From: Deltaproteobacteria bacterium
Lineage (GTDB): Bacteria; Myxococcota_A; UBA796
Direction of reading: 5' to 3'
Length of the DNA stretch: 17,045 nucleotides
Assembly (NCBI GenBank): GCA_002683315.1
Contig: NYTD01000294.1
Location: 1-17,045 of the forward strand
Shown here in pieces: positions 15,668 through 17,045 of the stretch (the stretch's first letter is position 1; every line of letters begins with the position of its first letter). The translations under genes were made by a program, and so were the position numbers. The notes beneath the pieces are model-generated. The model saw nothing but the letters and a program-made list of their open reading frames with translations. It was not told the origin of the DNA and made no database searches.

Positions 15668-17045
15668 CTATTCACTTCCATACATTAGATATGCTTTTCC
15701 ATATCCGTGTGAGGTTGACGTAAGCCAAAAATCATCGAATCCATCCCCATCAACATCCCCAACTGGATTGATTCCTCTTCCCAACTGGTCGTTGCTCGTG
15801 GCACCATATAGTACAAACGATGCCTCATCAATGAGGTTCATGGAACCTGTTTCAGCACCACCATATACACCATATACCGCCCCAGAATTGTTGCCGTTGT
15901 CATCATTTTTGTGTGCGACAATGGCGATATCGCTTAGACCATCACCATTCACATCACCGATTCGGTGAACATATTCACCAGTATTGTCATCATCGGATGC
16001 ACCATAAAAAATATGGGAGGAGAGGGATAGGTCGGATTGCGTTTCTCCACCATATACAAGAAACGCGCGGCCTTCGTCTTGATCATTGATATCGTAATCG
16101 GGTGCACCGATGAGAAGATCGGTTTGTCCATCTCCATTGAAATCCCCTGCATCTGCGATGGAATATCCAATGTGTTCTTTGAATTGTGTCCCATGAAATT
16201 TTTGAAGCATATTCACATCAAGGGCCTCATCAAACAGCATGGATTTGGGGAGAATAAATACACTTCCTGTATCGGTGGTGATGTCATCACTGTAAATGGA
16301 TGAGATGGCATATTCAATAATTCCATCCCCATCAAAGTCATTGATGGCGGCAATCTGCCATCCGAGGTATTGTCCGTTGTTGGCTCCATATATACTATGT
16401 GTGAGCGTTGGTGTTTCTCCACCGCTAAAGATATGAACGGCTCCGCGATTGGTCCCCGCACCATCATCTCCACGAGCAGTAACCAGAGCATCATCAAATC
16501 CATCTTCATTTGCGTCACCAATGGCAAGGATGTCATTGGCAAATTGATAATTGTCAATACTTGTGTGTAATGATTCAAGAGGTATCTCTTCCTCTACTCT
16601 ATCGATAGAGAAAAAATACACGGATCCTGCTTTTGTACCTTGTTCAAATCCACCACCAGTCATGATATCTTCTATGCCATCTCCATTCATATCGCCCACA
16701 AAAGCCAAACTTCTACCCACTCGCTCTTGTTCGGTGTGTCCAGACCAAAAGGCACCTTGATCTGGTATGTCGGGAAAGTCTTGGAAATCTAAATCTGCTG
16801 GGACATAGAAGAGGCCTCCTTTGAATTCATCATAGCTGTGCATCGCAAAGATCATGGCTGGTTTTGTGGGGTCAGAGCCGATGGGAGCAACGTCTGTTTT
16901 TATTCCAAATCCCCCTCCAAAAGGAGAATTCCATCCTTGTGTAAATCGATGTGCATTCATGGTTGCGGTGGTACCGTTACAGTCTGCGTCAATATCGTCG
17001 TTTTTCTCGATGGCGCGTGGATGAATACGAGAATCGTTATCATTA
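15668..17045 (-). CDS. FG-GAP repeat beta-propeller protein. The frame is open to the window edge, so the gene is probably 5'-truncated by the window. The first in-window ATG is at 16960.
   Basis: Repeats include VGDMNGDGIEDIMTGG, IGDANEDGFDDALVTA, INDFDGDGIIEYAISS, AGDFNGDGQTDLLIGAPDYD, IGDVNGDGLSDIAIVA and VGDVDGDGFDDFWLTS, each followed by G-x-hY-hh-G, which is the canonical FG-GAP pattern. Translating upstream of the ATG at 16960 gives ...NDNDSRIHPRAIEKNDDIDADCNGTTAT with no stop before position 17045. Confidence 0.8.
   Translation of the reverse strand, partial: NDNDSRIHPRAIEKNDDIDADCNGTTATMNAHRFTQGWNSPFGGGFGIKTDVAPIGSDPTKPAMIFAMHSYDEFKGGLFYVPADLDFQDFPDIPDQGAFWSGHTEQERVGRSLAFVGDMNGDGIEDIMTGGGFEQGTKAGSVYFFSIDRVEEEIPLESLHTSIDNYQFANDILAIGDANEDGFDDALVTARGDDGAGTNRGAVHIFSGGETPTLTHSIYGANNGQYLGWQIAAINDFDGDGIIEYAISSIYSDDITTDTGSVFILPKSMLFDEALDVNMLQKFHGTQFKEHIGYSIADAGDFNGDGQTDLLIGAPDYDINDQDEGRAFLVYGGETQSDLSLSSHIFYGASDDDNTGEYVHRIGDVNGDGLSDIAIVAHKNDDNGNNSGAVYGVYGGAETGSMNLIDEASFVLYGATSNDQLGRGINPVGDVDGDGFDDFWLTSTSHGYGKAYLMYGSE

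Noticed and set aside
16960-16960. ATG at 16960 as the true start of the distal FG-GAP protein (430 aa)
   Set aside because: It is possible. However the frame stays open upstream to the window edge through Asp-rich repeat-like sequence (DIDADCNGTT). The N-terminus MNAHRFTQGWNSPFGGG also has no signal peptide, although the protein is built from extracellular-type repeats. I therefore treat the gene as 5'-truncated by the window.
1-17045. Scan for CRISPR arrays, tRNA/rRNA genes, IS or transposase or integrase genes, and toxin-antitoxin pairs
   Set aside because: No spaced direct repeats, no cloverleaf-like conserved tRNA boxes, and no transposase or integrase motifs were seen. All long ORFs are accounted for by the nine CDSs above.

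Overview
The window looks like chromosomal DNA from a Gram-negative bacterium of moderately low GC. I infer the Gram-negative origin from the many lipobox/signal-peptide N-termini and the GGAG-type Shine-Dalgarno spacing. It is almost entirely coding, with nine protein genes and no rRNA, tRNA, CRISPR or mobile-element signatures. The supplied ORF track omits two ORFs that run off the window edges; I found them by translating by hand.

(1) 1..10840, all on the minus strand, is a run of five co-oriented genes. Reading 5'->3' on that strand they are an FG-GAP lipoprotein, a polytopic membrane protein, an NfeD/YqiJ-like membrane protein, a YqiK/flotillin-type SPFH protein with an unusually long coiled coil, and a giant (more than 1385 aa, C-terminus outside the window) coiled-coil protein with a dynein/MoxR-type AAA+ domain. 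The giant gene is translationally coupled to the flotillin gene, with 6 nt between stop and start.

(2) 11029..12831 (+) is the most notable feature. It is a lipoprotein with LVIVD beta-propeller repeats fused to a TlpA/redoxin-type thioredoxin fold. Its catalytic CxxC site is encoded as TGA-CCG-GTA-TGT (U-P-V-C). The in-frame TGA at 12511 is followed exactly 11 nt later by a 6-bp stem with a GGUC loop whose apical sequence (GAGGUCUC) closely resembles the E. coli fdhF bacterial SECIS element. The reading frame continues for 106 more codons of clearly redoxin-like sequence. I therefore call this a selenocysteine-containing protein that the ORF track splits in two.

(3) 12834..17045 (-) carries three surface or secreted proteins. 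The first is a 757-aa lipoprotein with about 8-9 Cys-rich 'Myxococcales-type' repeats and a C-terminal fibrinogen-related domain (YCDMTSYGGGWMLV); it contains a recent 138-bp tandem duplication. The second is a small secreted protein. The third is another FG-GAP propeller protein truncated by the window edge.

The three 'system'-level candidates are the NfeD-flotillin-giant AAA+ module, the Sec-redoxin/propeller fusion, and the cluster of eukaryote-like adhesion domains (FG-GAP, LVIVD, FReD). All functional assignments rest on motif recognition by eye. No database search was possible.
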